Shown piece after piece: positions 38,356-48,621 of a DNA stretch of 64,000 nt; positions within the stretch are counted from its first letter, which is position 1, and each line of letters starts with the position of its first letter. The stretch is taken from positions 224,001-288,000 of the forward strand of contig CAWDVP010000006.1 of the NCBI GenBank assembly GCA_963805945.1, in the 5' to 3' direction. Source of the DNA: Vulcanimicrobiota bacterium (GTDB lineage Bacteria > Vulcanimicrobiota > Vulcanimicrobiia > Eremiobacterales > Eremiobacteraceae). Made by a program: the position numbers and the translations under genes. The notes beneath the pieces were generated by a model that did not search any database, was not told where the DNA came from, and was given only the letters and a program-made list of their open reading frames with translations.

Positions 38356-39959
38356 AGACGCGCTCGCGATCGACAGGCTGTTCGCGGCAGCCGCGCGCGT
38401 ACGCGCAGTACGCGCACGGCGGGTCGACGCCGGCTTCGAAATGGGCGACGCCTTGTTTCGTGAGCATGTCGGCGCGCGCGAGCAGCACGTCGACGGAGGC
38501 CGCCATGTCGGCCGGCGAGGCGACGCCGCGCACCACGCCGCTGCGCGCCGCCCGCTCCACGACCGCCTTGCCCTGGTCGTCGACGATGTCGAGCGCGAGC
38601 ACCCACACCGGATCGCGCGGGTCGCGCAGCGAGATGAGCGCGAGCCGGCCGACGTCGTCGCCCCGCATGCGCCGCACCGTATAGTACAGCGCGAGCTGCC
38701 CCTCCTCGCCGCGGCGGATCTTCCTTATGTACTCGTCGGGATTCTCATCGATGCGGCCGGTCTTGTAATCGTAGATCGTCACCGCACCGCCTGCCGCCGG
38801 CCGGTCGATGCGGTCGATGTAGCCGACGAACTCGTGGCCGCCCATCGACCAGCGCTGCAGTGCTTCGACCGACTCGACCTCCATCGGATGATCGTCCGCC
38901 TCTGCTTTGAGCCAACGCGCGTAGTGAGCGGCGACCGCATGCGCCTTGAGGCGGCTCACCTCGAACTCGAGGCGCGAGGCGAACTCCTCGCGATTGCGCT
39001 CGAAGGCGAAGTCGAGCTGTGAGTGCAGCCGTTCGAGGATCGCGTTGCCGGAATACTCCGCGGGCACGCGGATCTCGCGATGCAGCGCCTCGAGCGCTTC
39101 GTGGAAGACCTTGCCGTAGGTCGCCGCCGCAGAGCCGTCGTCTTCGACCGCATCGCAGAGGTACTCGAAGAACCAGCGGCGCGGGCACTTCACGAAACCG
39201 TTGAGCCGCGAGGCGGAAAACGCCATCGCCGGCGCCACCAGCGGGCGCGGTTCTTCCGGTATCGGCCAGGCCCACGCTTCTTCTACTTCGATTTCTTCGG
39301 TCGCGTCGCTGAAGTGCCGCGCCAAAGCTGCGTGTGCCGGCGCGGTGACCGTGATCTGAAGCGCCGCGCCACGCGGCTCGAGCGCGCCTGCATCCGCGCC
39401 CAGCGCATACGCGAGCGAGCCTGGACCCGCCGGACTGCTCGCCGCTTCCGCGAAGACGATCTCAAGCGTCTCGTCGCCGGCCTCGTCGTCGCCGCACGAC
39501 AGCACGCGCAGGCCGGCCGGCGCTTGCAGCGACTGCGCGACCCAACGCGGCAACACGACGCCGCTTTTCCCGGAGCGCCGAGCGATTTCGAATGCTTCCT
39601 CGAGGGTTGCCGCTTGTCGTTGCGAGGGTTGATCTGAAGATCGATCGGGCCGACCTGAAGGTCGGCCCGCTACATGGGCCGTCGGCGCGAGAACCATGAG
39701 AAGACGGGCGAGAGCGCTGTAAGGCAGCGTTCTCGTCGGCGACCGCAGCCGCCAGAGCGAGCTCGTCGATGTCGGCGCGCGCGCACGCGTCCGCCAACGC
39801 GCAGATCCCGTCGACGAACGCCGCGTCGCTGCGCAGCTCGAGCGGCCACGGCCAGTCGCCGGCGGCAAGGGCGCGCACCAGGGCCGCGCGGCAACCGCCG
39901 CCCGAACTCGAATCCATGGTCGCGTGCTTAGACGTCGCGGAGGCTGCGTACTGCGGCAT
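38345..39959 (-). CDS. PD-(D/E)XK RecB/AddB-type nuclease with 4Fe-4S staple (frameshift near 39720)
   Basis: FSASRLNGFVKCPRRWF, GKVFHEALE, GYIDRID...IYDYKTG, QLALY, CAYCAYARGC. Confidence 0.85.
39626..39673 (-). repeat. Tandem family B REP-like hairpins in-frame in the nuclease gene
   Basis: Minus strand GTAGCGGGCCGACCT-TC-AGGTCGGCCCG followed by ATCGATCT-TC-AGATCAACCC; encodes VAGRPSGRPDRSSDQP. Confidence 0.82.
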
Positions 39960-41136
39960 TGAGCCGCTCGAGCGAATTCTCGACGCAATCGATGAGCAAC
40001 GCGAGCAGACCGCTCATGTCGCCGGCGTCGGCCTCGCTCAGGCCGTCGTAGTAGCGCGCGCGGTCTTCCACCCGCACGATGGCCGGCGGGTAGCCGTTCG
40101 CGTCCAGGATCAGATTGGAGAGGAGGCGGCCGACGCGGCCGTTGCCGTCCAGGAACGGCGCGATGTTGAGGATCTTCGCCTGTGCGGCCGCGGCCTTAGC
40201 CACCGGATCGGCCGCGGAATCCTCGAGCCACTCGGTGAACTCCCGCAGCAGCGCGGGGACGAGAACGCTCTCCGGCGGCAGATAATCGCGCCCGACGATG
40301 CCGCCGTCGGTGCGCCGGTACTCGCCCGCCTGCTCGTCGTCGATCGAGGCGAAGAGCTGTGCGTGCAGCTCGCGGATCGCGTGCTCGGTGAGCGGCGCGT
40401 CGCTGATCGCGAGCACGGACGCGCGGTCGAGCGCCTTGTTCAAGTTGACCGCCTCGAGGTGCGCGCGCAGCGTCAGACCGCCGACCGTCGTGCCCTGTTC
40501 GATAAGCTCTTGCGTCTGCGCACGATCGAGCGTGTTGCCGCGCAGCGCGTTCGAGTGATATATCTCATCGAGGCGCATCTCTTTGCGCAGCGACTCGCGC
40601 GCCCGCGCCGCCTTCTCGCCGTGCGCCTCGAAGAGCCGGACGTGCTCGCGCAGTTCTCGCAGGCGGCCTTCCAGCTCGGGCGCGAAACGCAGACCGGTCG
40701 CTTGCTCTTCGGAGCGCGCGGCTTGCTCCAAACCGAAGGCCGCCGGGTCGATCTCGTGCTCGCGCAGCCAGTCGAGCGCGAGCGCTTCCAGCCGGCGCTG
40801 CCGGTAGGACAGCCAGGAGCGGCGCGCACGCGGATAGGCGCTCAAGGTCTGGAGGAAGCGCGCCGGATTGGCGGAGCCGGTGGACGCGGCGCGCAGGCGG
40901 TCGGCGAGTTCGCCGTCGAGCAGCGTTTCGATGAAGTCGGAGACGAGCGCCGCCGCCTCGGCATGCGACACCGCCCGCACCGGGACGGCGTCCGCGCGAG
41001 AGGCCACCCGCAGGGCGGCCGGATCTTCAGCCGCGTATGGCTCGACCCGCCCGGCCGCTGTCAGGAAGAAATAGCGGAACTGGCCGCTGCGGTCGTCGAG
41101 CGCGTCGGCCAGTTCTTCAAGCAAGAAGTTTCGCAC
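39928..41136 (-). CDS. UPF0158 domain fused to a Fic domain with degenerate active site
   Basis: N-terminus LEELADAL...DFIETL...L.DRL...F...L..YP..R.SW..YRQRRL...A.DWLREHEI; Fic region YHSNALRGNTL, GEYRR, NIAPFLDGNGRVGRLL, RARYYDGL. Confidence 0.82.
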   Translation of the reverse strand: MRNFLLEELADALDDRSGQFRYFFLTAAGRVEPYAAEDPAALRVASRADAVPVRAVSHAEAAALVSDFIETLLDGELADRLRAASTGSANPARFLQTLSAYPRARRSWLSYRQRRLEALALDWLREHEIDPAAFGLEQAARSEEQATGLRFAPELEGRLRELREHVRLFEAHGEKAARARESLRKEMRLDEIYHSNALRGNTLDRAQTQELIEQGTTVGGLTLRAHLEAVNLNKALDRASVLAISDAPLTEHAIRELHAQLFASIDDEQAGEYRRTDGGIVGRDYLPPESVLVPALLREFTEWLEDSAADPVAKAAAAQAKILNIAPFLDGNGRVGRLLSNLILDANGYPPAIVRVEDRARYYDGLSEADAGDMSGLLALLIDCVENSLERLNAAVRSLRDV

Positions 41137-41367
41137 GATAGCGGGCGCGATTTCGCCCGGTCGTCCCGACGCGCCTGGTCTGCGTCGCAAGAAACGTGAC
41201 CCCGCGCACTCGCGTCGGGCCGGGGAATCGCGCAGAATCAAAGAACCTGGATCTCAAGAGCGTCGGGGGGCACGCTTCTCATCCGCGCCGCCCGCGTCCC
41301 GTTCTACAGCACGGAAGTGATGCCGGATGCCGCTTTTCTACGGACCAGCCGATAGCAGCATGTAACA

Positions 41368-41952
41368 ATGTTGAACGCGGTCCGGTCCAAACAATTGGAA
41401 CCAGTCTCGTCGGGGCAAGACTACGCCCTGATGCAGCGCATCGCCAAAGGGGATGGGGATGCGTTCGCCGAGTTGGTGCGGCGATACACGAGAATGCTGT
41501 ACAACGTTGCCTATCGATATAATGCGGCGTCCGCCGAGGACCTCGTTCAAGAGGCATTTCTCCGGGCGTTTCAGCATGCCAACACCTATTCGGGCCGCTC
41601 CAAGGTATCGAGCTGGCTCTATCGCATCTGCGTCAACGTCTGCCTGACCAACATGGGTCGGGCGAACCTGCAGACGACCGACATCGAAGAGATCCCTGAA
41701 GCGGAGCTGACCGCCTCTTTCAACGAGCGGCCTGAGTCGCGCGCCCAGGGCAAAGAGACCTACAAGGCGATCGAAGAAGGCCTGCGACTGCTGCCGAGCC
41801 AGGAGCGCATGGTCTTCATCTTGCGCGAGCTGCAGGGGCTCGCGTACTCCGAGATCTCCGACCTGCTCGGCATGACCGAGCAGGCGGCTCGCACCAACCT
41901 GCATCGCGCCAAGCGACGGCTCCAGTCGTGGCTGAGCCCGTTGCTGACATGA
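41368..41952 (+). CDS. ECF RNA polymerase sigma factor
   Basis: AEDLVQEAFLRAF, SWLYRICVN, LP..ERMVFILRELQGLAYSEIS...RTNLHRAK. Confidence 0.93.
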   Translation: MLNAVRSKQLEPVSSGQDYALMQRIAKGDGDAFAELVRRYTRMLYNVAYRYNAASAEDLVQEAFLRAFQHANTYSGRSKVSSWLYRICVNVCLTNMGRANLQTTDIEEIPEAELTASFNERPESRAQGKETYKAIEEGLRLLPSQERMVFILRELQGLAYSEISDLLGMTEQAARTNLHRAKRRLQSWLSPLLT

Positions 41953-41965
41953 GAGGACACGTATA

Positions 41966-42868
41966 GTGGAGTGCTCTGAAGCGCTCGACTTCCTGTACCT
42001 GTCCTTCGACGGTTCGTTGACGGCGCAGCAGCAGATGCTGCTCGACGCGCACCGCCGGACGTGTTTCGCATGCGCAAACACGCTCTCGCGCGCGCAGCGC
42101 TTCCAGCAAATCCTGGTGCAGGTGCCGCAACTGAGCGTGCCGCGCGGTCTCGAAGATCGCATCATCGAAAGCGTCTTCGCCGCCAGCGGCATGACGAACA
42201 AGCGCGAGGAGACGTTCCGCACCGTCGTCGATTCTTTCACCAATTGGCGCTCGTTCGGGCTCGCCTTCGGCACAGCCGCAGCGGCGCTGGCATTGATCTT
42301 GATCAGCCGCAACGTCATGCAGCAGGCGGCCATGAACCATCAGACGCCCGAGCGCACTTTGACCGCCGCGGTCGACGGCACGCTCCAGATCCAGCCGGCT
42401 GCAGGCCAGCCGGAGCAAGCGGGCTCGAACGTGGCGATTGCGCCTGGTGAGACGTTGACGAGCGGCGACGCGCGCCCGGCGACCGTGGCGCTCGCGTCAG
42501 GCCTGGCGATCACATTGAGCGGCGGCACGCAAGTCCGCGTGGGCACCGTCAAGGTGGATCAGCAGACCGGCGATCCCGATGTGATCGCGCTGCGCGTCGA
42601 TCATGGCACCGTCGGCGTGCGTGAGAATCTCAGCCGCGGCGGCAGCGCCGTGCACGTGGCCACCGACCAGGCGACCGTCGTGCCGACCGGCACGATCTTC
42701 ACCGTGTCGGCGAATCCCGGCGTGACCCAGGTCGCGGTGGGCGAAGGCAGCGTCGAAGTGTATCTGCCGGGCGAGACGTTCAACGTGACCGCCGGCAGCG
42801 AAGCGCGCATCACCAAGGACAAGCATACGGTCGGCAAGATCAAACCGACCGAGCGCATCTCCCACTAG
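41966..42868 (+). CDS. Zinc-finger anti-sigma factor with TM helix and FecR-like extracytoplasmic domain
   Basis: C...HRRTCFAC (HxxxCxxC), one TM segment, GT.F.V...T.V.V.EGSVEV. Confidence 0.82.
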   Translation: MECSEALDFLYLSFDGSLTAQQQMLLDAHRRTCFACANTLSRAQRFQQILVQVPQLSVPRGLEDRIIESVFAASGMTNKREETFRTVVDSFTNWRSFGLAFGTAAAALALILISRNVMQQAAMNHQTPERTLTAAVDGTLQIQPAAGQPEQAGSNVAIAPGETLTSGDARPATVALASGLAITLSGGTQVRVGTVKVDQQTGDPDVIALRVDHGTVGVRENLSRGGSAVHVATDQATVVPTGTIFTVSANPGVTQVAVGEGSVEVYLPGETFNVTAGSEARITKDKHTVGKIKPTERISH

Positions 42869-42902
42869 GGGCCCTTCCGCTTCGAGCGCGAAGCCCGCGC
42901 TC

Positions 42903-44082
42903 ATGACACACTATCGCTTATCATGGGCGGTCGTTCGCGCTTGTCGCGACCGCATCGCTGTTCGGCTGCGCCGGACGCACCACAGCGCCCGGTCAGAACG
43001 CGAGCCCGCAGGCCGGCAAAGTCCGCACGTATTACATCGCGGCCGACGAGGTGAACTGGGACTACGCGCCCACCGGCATCGACCAGATCACCGGCAAGCC
43101 GTTCGACGCGATGGCGAGGATCTACACCGCGCGCGGACCGCATCACATCGGCAGGGTCTACCGCAAGGCGGTCTACCACGAATACACCGACGCGTCGTTC
43201 ACGACGCTCAAACCCCGACCGCCGGACCAGCAGTATCTGGGCATCCTCGGGCCGATCATCCATGCCGAGGTCGGCGACACCATCAAAGTCGTGTTCAAGA
43301 ACAACGCGTCGCACCCGTACAGCATGCACCCGCACGGCGTCTTCTATGATAAGGATTCCGAAGGCGTCGTGTATCAGGGTGCTTCACCCGCCGGTAGACT
43401 CGGCGGTGCAGTGCCGCCTGGCCGCACCTACACGTACACCTGGCAGGTGCCCGAGCGCGCAGGCCCGGGTCCGGGCGATCCGAGCTCCATCGTGTGGCTG
43501 TACCACTCGCACGTCGTCGAGCTGAAGGACGTCAATGCAGGGCTGGTCGGCGCGATCATCGTGACCGCGCGCGGCATGGCCAAGCCGGACGGCACGCCGC
43601 AAGACGTCGATCGGGAATTCGTCGTGTTGTACAACATCTTCGACGAGAACGAAAGCTGGTATCTGGCCCAGAACATCGCGACCTATGCCCCCAGCGTGAA
43701 AGGCGCGGTCAAACTCGAGACCATTCCGGTGGACAGTGACGGCGCGTTCACCCTCAATGGCAGCGGCTTTGTGGATACCAATTTCAAATCCAGCATCAAC
43801 GGCTACCTCTATGGCAACAACCCCATGATGACGATGAAGAAAGGCGATCGCGTCCGCTGGTACGTCATGACCATCGGGATCGGCTTCAACTTCCACACGC
43901 CGCACTGGCATGGCAACACGGTGCTGCTCAACAAGCAGCGCACCGATGTGATCGCGTTGTCGCCCGCGCAGATGGTGACCGTGGATATGGTGCCGGACGA
44001 CCCCGGCGTCTGGATGTTCCACTGCCATGTCAGCGACCACATGATGGCCGGCATGACCGCCCTCTACCAGGTCGACCCTTAG
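42903..44082 (+). CDS. Two-domain multicopper oxidase lipoprotein (frameshift in signal peptide)
   Basis: Lipobox LFGC; HPHG, WLYHSH, HTPHWHG, HCHVSDHMMAGM. Confidence 0.88.
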
Positions 44083-44086
44083 GCGT

Positions 44087-45707
44087 TCACCAGCCCGCTG
44101 CGGCGCCGTCGCTGCGCGGGTCCGCGGCGCCCACGAACGTCCCCTGCTCCTTGTCGACGACGATGGCGCCCGCGTGGCCCATCGATTCTTCCCAATCGTC
44201 CATGACGATGACGTTGTGCCCGCGCGCGCGCAGGCCCGCGATGCACGCCTCACCAGCGCGCGCCTCGATCGCGACGCCGGGAACTTCTGCGCCCCACGTC
44301 CTGCCATAGCGCCAGCGCGGCGCGTCTAGCGCGGTCTGCGGATCCCATCCGCGCTCCCCGATCTTGATCGAGTTCTGGAGGCAGGTCTGCGGCTGGCCCT
44401 CGCCGCCCATGGTGCCGTAGACGAGGCGCGGCGCGCCGTCGTCAAGCAGCATCGCTGCCATCAGCGTGTGGAACGGCAAACGCTTCGGCTCGAGCGAGGT
44501 GGGGCGGCCCTCGTCGAGCGTGAACGCGCAGCCGCGGTCCTGCAGCACGATGCCGAGTTCGGGCACCCCGACGCACGAGCCGAAATGGTAGTACAGCGAC
44601 TGGATCATGGACAGCGCATTGCCGGCCTGATCGACGCAGGCGAAGTATGTCGTGTCGCCGCCCGCGCCGCCCGTCTTCTTCTCTCCTGACGCACGCTGCG
44701 CGTCCATTCGACCGGCGTATTCGCGCGCGTGCTCGGGCGACAGCAGCTCGCTCAGCGGCGCCTTGACGACATCTGGGTCGCCGATCCACCGATCGCGATC
44801 CGAAAACGCGAGCTTGATCGCTTCGATGCACGTGTGCGCGAGCTCGGCGCTGCCGTCGGGCAGCCGCCGCGTGGCCATCGACCGCGTCATAGATGCCCTG
44901 TGCGATCGGCAGCACGATGCCTTGCGAATTCGGCGGCGTCGTCAGCGACGCATAGCGCCCGAAGACGCCGTGCGCCGGCTCCGCGTAGAAACCGCGATGC
45001 GCCGCGCAATCCGCCGCGCGCAGCGGACTGCCCACCCGCTTGCAGGTCGCCTCGATGTGCGCGGCGCCTTCACCCTCGTACCAGAACTCGCGTCCCTCGC
45101 GGGCGATGCGTTCGAGGGTCTTCGCCAGCGCCGGCTGCGCGAAGCGCTCGCCGATCTCGTATTCGGGTTTCGCCGCATAGAGCTGTTTTGCGCCCGCATC
45201 CGACTCAAGCGCGGCATGCTCTTCGTGCAATGCGCGCACCATGCTGCGCGCCAGCGGCGCGCCGAGGCGCGCGAGATCGATCGCGGGCACGAGGACGTGC
45301 TCGAGGGGCAATGCGCCGAAGCGCTCGTGGAGCGCGAACCACGCATCGACCGCGCCGGGCACGGTGAGCGCTGCGGGGCCGCCCTGTGCGGGAATCGTGT
45401 GCAGCCGGGCGCTTTCATAGAAACCGCGGGTCGCAAGCGCCGCGGATCTGCCCGATCCGTTGTACGCGTGCACGTGGCGCGTCGCCGCGTCATGGTACAG
45501 GAAGAACGCGTCGCCGCCGATGCCGGTCATGTGCGGATAGACGACGCTCAATGCTGCCGCCACCGCCACGCCCGCGTCCGCCGCCGTGCCGCCGGCGCGC
45601 AGGATCGCGACGCCCGCCTGCGTCGCGAGCGCGTTGGGCGCGGTGACCATGCCGCGGACGCTGCGCGCGCTCGGCCGCGTGCCGTCCGGCTTGCGCGAGC
45701 CGTTCAT
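44087..45707 (-). CDS. ggt: Gamma-glutamyltransferase family (frameshift near 44880)
   Basis: GGTAADA, PHMTGIGGDAF, TVPGAVDAW, PPNSQG, GDTTYF nucleophile Thr, PFHTL, GTMGGEGQPQ, ADPRSDG. Confidence 0.9.
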
Positions 45708-46451
45708 GCGCCGGGCACGATGATGCTCGAGGCGCGCGATCCCGCTGCGGCCTCTTCATCGAGCGCGACGGGGGCGACCCGCAGGAACTCGTCGATGCCG
45801 ATGATGCGCTGCGAGCGGACGAAATGCGAGGTGGCGTCCGCGCACCGCTTGCGCGACCTCTTCCGCCTGTCGCGCGCCGAACTGCGTCGGCCGTCCGATG
45901 CACACCGCCGTGTCGACCGCCGGCAGCGCGCGTAACGCCGCGGGCGCGCCGTCGTTGATGAGCCCGGCATCGCGCCCCAAGGGCCAGACGCGGATCTCCG
46001 CCGCTTCTTCGGTCAGAAGGTCGCTGCATCGCAGAAACCCGGCCGACCAGCCGTCGACGCGATACAGCCGGCGGCGCGCCGCCTGCCAGTCCGCCAGCAT
46101 CCGGCGCTCGTCTTCGCGCAGCGCATGCGCCCGCTCGAGCACGAACTCGTCGATCGCCGTCCTGCCGTAGCGTTCGAGACGGGCGTCGAACATGAGATGC
46201 TCGACGACCCGCGATGCCTTCGTCTCGTCGAACGCGCCATGCCAGAAGGGGAAATCCGCGGCGGCGACCGACTCGAGCGGCGCGCGCATCGCCGTTTCGG
46301 CGAATTTCAGCAGCCCGGACAGCAGCGGCAACGCGCTCGCCTCCAATGCAGCCGCGTAGGCGTCATGCTCTGCTTCGTGCCCGAGACAACAGCGTTTGTA
46401 CTTGCGACCGCTGCCGCACGGGCACGGGTCGTTCCGCCCTGGTTTGCTCAT
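45704..46451 (-). CDS. SEC-C metal-binding motif protein (frameshift near 3' end)
   Basis: MSKPGRNDPCPCGSGRKYKRCC followed by a helical/OB-like region. Confidence 0.78.
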
Positions 46452-46473
46452 ATCTGCCGATAATCGACTTACG

Positions 46474-47259
46474 ATGACATCGAGACTTGTCCTCGCGGCG
46501 TCGGCCGCGGCGGCGGCGTTCTCGCTCTCGGCGGGCGCGCCGCCGGACGGCCACCTCCTGGCGCTGCGCCTCCAGGCGGGCGAGCGCATCCAGCAACGCA
46601 GCGATCTGGTGGATCGGATCCAGTGGGTGCTGCCGCAAAAACGCCTCGACGCCTTCATCGCCCAAGGCATCGTCATCAACGAGGAGATGCGCACCACGAC
46701 CGCCGCGATAGGCGTCGTCACGTCGACCACGAGCACCGCGGCGACGCTGCAAGGCTCGTCTTTCACGACGGTGCGTGACGTCCCGCGCCATCGCTCTGCG
46801 TCATCGAGCGACAGCGGCGCGTCGCGCGTGACGCCGCGCAACGTCAACGTCGGCACGACCGTCTATGCGATCGAGAGCGCCCCGATGGTGGACCTGCCGG
46901 ACGTCCCCGTGACGCTCGGCAGCCGATGGACGACGCGGCAACGGGTGCTCACCACGATGGGCAGCGGGGTCGCGACCTTCGACCACGTCGTCAGCGACAT
47001 CAGTGATGGGCGCGTGCGGATCGACGTCAGCGGCCGTGGCGAGATCACCGGCAAGGAATACAATCTTCCGCACCTGCTGCCCGGCACGATTTCGCTGAAC
47101 GGCTCGGCCTGGTTCGATCTCGACAGCGGGCTTGTCTCTTTAGAGAGCTACCGCATCGAGAACACCCTCATCAAGCCCGCGGGCGCCGAGCGGATCGGCT
47201 TTCTCGAGGTGCTTGACGTCTCCATCGACGTGCGCAAGGAGTCGCAGACCAGCCCTTAG
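46474..47259 (+). CDS. Secreted hypothetical protein (DUF6263-like)
   Basis: Signal peptide; LPDVPVTLGSRW and GSAWFDLDSG motifs shared with 52717-53538. Confidence 0.6.
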   Translation: MTSRLVLAASAAAAAFSLSAGAPPDGHLLALRLQAGERIQQRSDLVDRIQWVLPQKRLDAFIAQGIVINEEMRTTTAAIGVVTSTTSTAATLQGSSFTTVRDVPRHRSASSSDSGASRVTPRNVNVGTTVYAIESAPMVDLPDVPVTLGSRWTTRQRVLTTMGSGVATFDHVVSDISDGRVRIDVSGRGEITGKEYNLPHLLPGTISLNGSAWFDLDSGLVSLESYRIENTLIKPAGAERIGFLEVLDVSIDVRKESQTSP

Positions 47260-47326
47260 CCGCACGGGGAAGAGCCGGCCGCTTCTTGAAGGCCTCCGGC
47301 CCTCTCGTTTCTCAGGAGACACTCTC

Positions 47327-47773
47327 GTGCGAATCGTTCTCGGCGCGCTCATCATCGTATGCGCCCTACTGCTGGCCGGCGCACCCCAGGCTGATGCCAA
47401 AGGGACGGTGCTCGTCCAGCAAAGCGATGGATCGACGCAGTCCTATGCCGGCGTCGACATCCGGATCACCAACAAGACGTTGAGGGTCACGACGGCAGAC
47501 GGCAAAGGCACGCTCGTCATCGACAAGGCCGCGTGCTCGTACGCCGGCGATCTGCTACGCTGCCTGCCGTACAGCATCACGCTGGACCAAGGCGGCGGGA
47601 CGCATCCGCTCGACTTCGAGCGAGGGACGATCTACGCCAACCTCACCGACACGAAGCAGCAGCTGCCATTCTCTTCAACGCAAGTACCGCCGAAGGGCAT
47701 CCTGCTCGCGCTGAAGACGAAGATCGGCACGATCGTCACGATGACCGGCGAAATCGATGAGGTGTCGAAGTGA
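47327..47773 (+). CDS. Secreted hypothetical protein
   Basis: AGGAG RBS, GTG start, signal peptide ending QADA, two Cys; stop overlaps the next gene's start. Confidence 0.7.
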   Translation: MRIVLGALIIVCALLLAGAPQADAKGTVLVQQSDGSTQSYAGVDIRITNKTLRVTTADGKGTLVIDKAACSYAGDLLRCLPYSITLDQGGGTHPLDFERGTIYANLTDTKQQLPFSSTQVPPKGILLALKTKIGTIVTMTGEIDEVSK

Positions 47774-48567
47774 AGCGCATAGCTATCGCGATCTCGATCC
47801 TCCTGTTGCTTGGTGCTCCGCTTAGCGCAGCCGCTCGCCCCGGCGGTGGTGGTGGCGGCGGCGGCGGACGGCCCGCGGGCGGCGGCGGTCGGCCGGCAGC
47901 CGCAGCTCCGGCAGCTCGACCTGCAGCGCCTGCCTCACGGCCTTCCGGCGGTGGCGGCGGCGGCGGCTTCAATCTCAACCAGGACGTCAACGCGGGCAAG
48001 CGTCCCAACCCGCCATCCGGCGGCAACATGGCGAATCGCCCCAACGGATCTGGCAACGGCAATCTCAACAACAATAACAACATCAACCGCAATCCCAATA
48101 ACAATAACAACAATACCAACCGCAATATCAACAACAACAACCTAAACAACAACAATATCAACCGCAACGTCAACAACGTCAACGTGAATCGCGCGGTCGT
48201 GGTCAACCCCGTGTATCATGGGCCGGCCTGGGGCTGGAATCGCGGCGTCGCGTGGTATCCGGCGCCCAACTACTGGGGCGGCGGTTTCTGGGGCGCATGG
48301 GCGATCGGCGCCACGACGGCCATCATCTACGGTTCGATCGTCAATTCGACGACCCATCAGACCGTCACGTCCTACCAGGTGGCGCCGGACAGCCCTGGCG
48401 CGACGCTGCTCCAGAACTACAGCCTGACCCAGACCCAGTGCGGCCCTCCGAATCTCGTCGTCATCTACGGTCCGAACGACAGCGTCATCTGCGCGGTCCC
48501 GAACAACCTGGTCACGGCCGGCCAGTACACCCTCGACACCTCGAACTTGTCCATCGTGTCTATGTGA
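47770..48567 (+). CDS. Secreted Gly-rich/Asn-rich low-complexity protein
   Basis: Signal peptide, poly-Gly, about 45-aa Asn-rich tract, Trp/Gly-rich segment, C-terminal 2-Cys domain. Confidence 0.78.
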   Translation: MKRIAIAISILLLLGAPLSAAARPGGGGGGGGGRPAGGGGRPAAAAPAARPAAPASRPSGGGGGGGFNLNQDVNAGKRPNPPSGGNMANRPNGSGNGNLNNNNNINRNPNNNNNNTNRNINNNNLNNNNINRNVNNVNVNRAVVVNPVYHGPAWGWNRGVAWYPAPNYWGGGFWGAWAIGATTAIIYGSIVNSTTHQTVTSYQVAPDSPGATLLQNYSLTQTQCGPPNLVVIYGPNDSVICAVPNNLVTAGQYTLDTSNLSIVSM

Positions 48568-48577
48568 TCACGCCTAT

Positions 48578-48600
48578 GTAGCGCTCGAGCGAAGCTCGGG
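48578..48600 (+). repeat. GTAG REP-like hairpin, family C variant, upstream of panB
   Basis: GTAGCGCTCGAGC-GAA-GCTCGGG. Confidence 0.8.
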
Positions 48601-48621
48601 TCGGCTCCCGGAGGAACCCCA

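Noticed and set aside
38345..39240. Cas4 call for the Fe-S nuclease
   Set aside because: It shares the fold but has no cas1/cas2 or array nearby, and it is paired with a UvrD-like gene as AddB-type proteins are.
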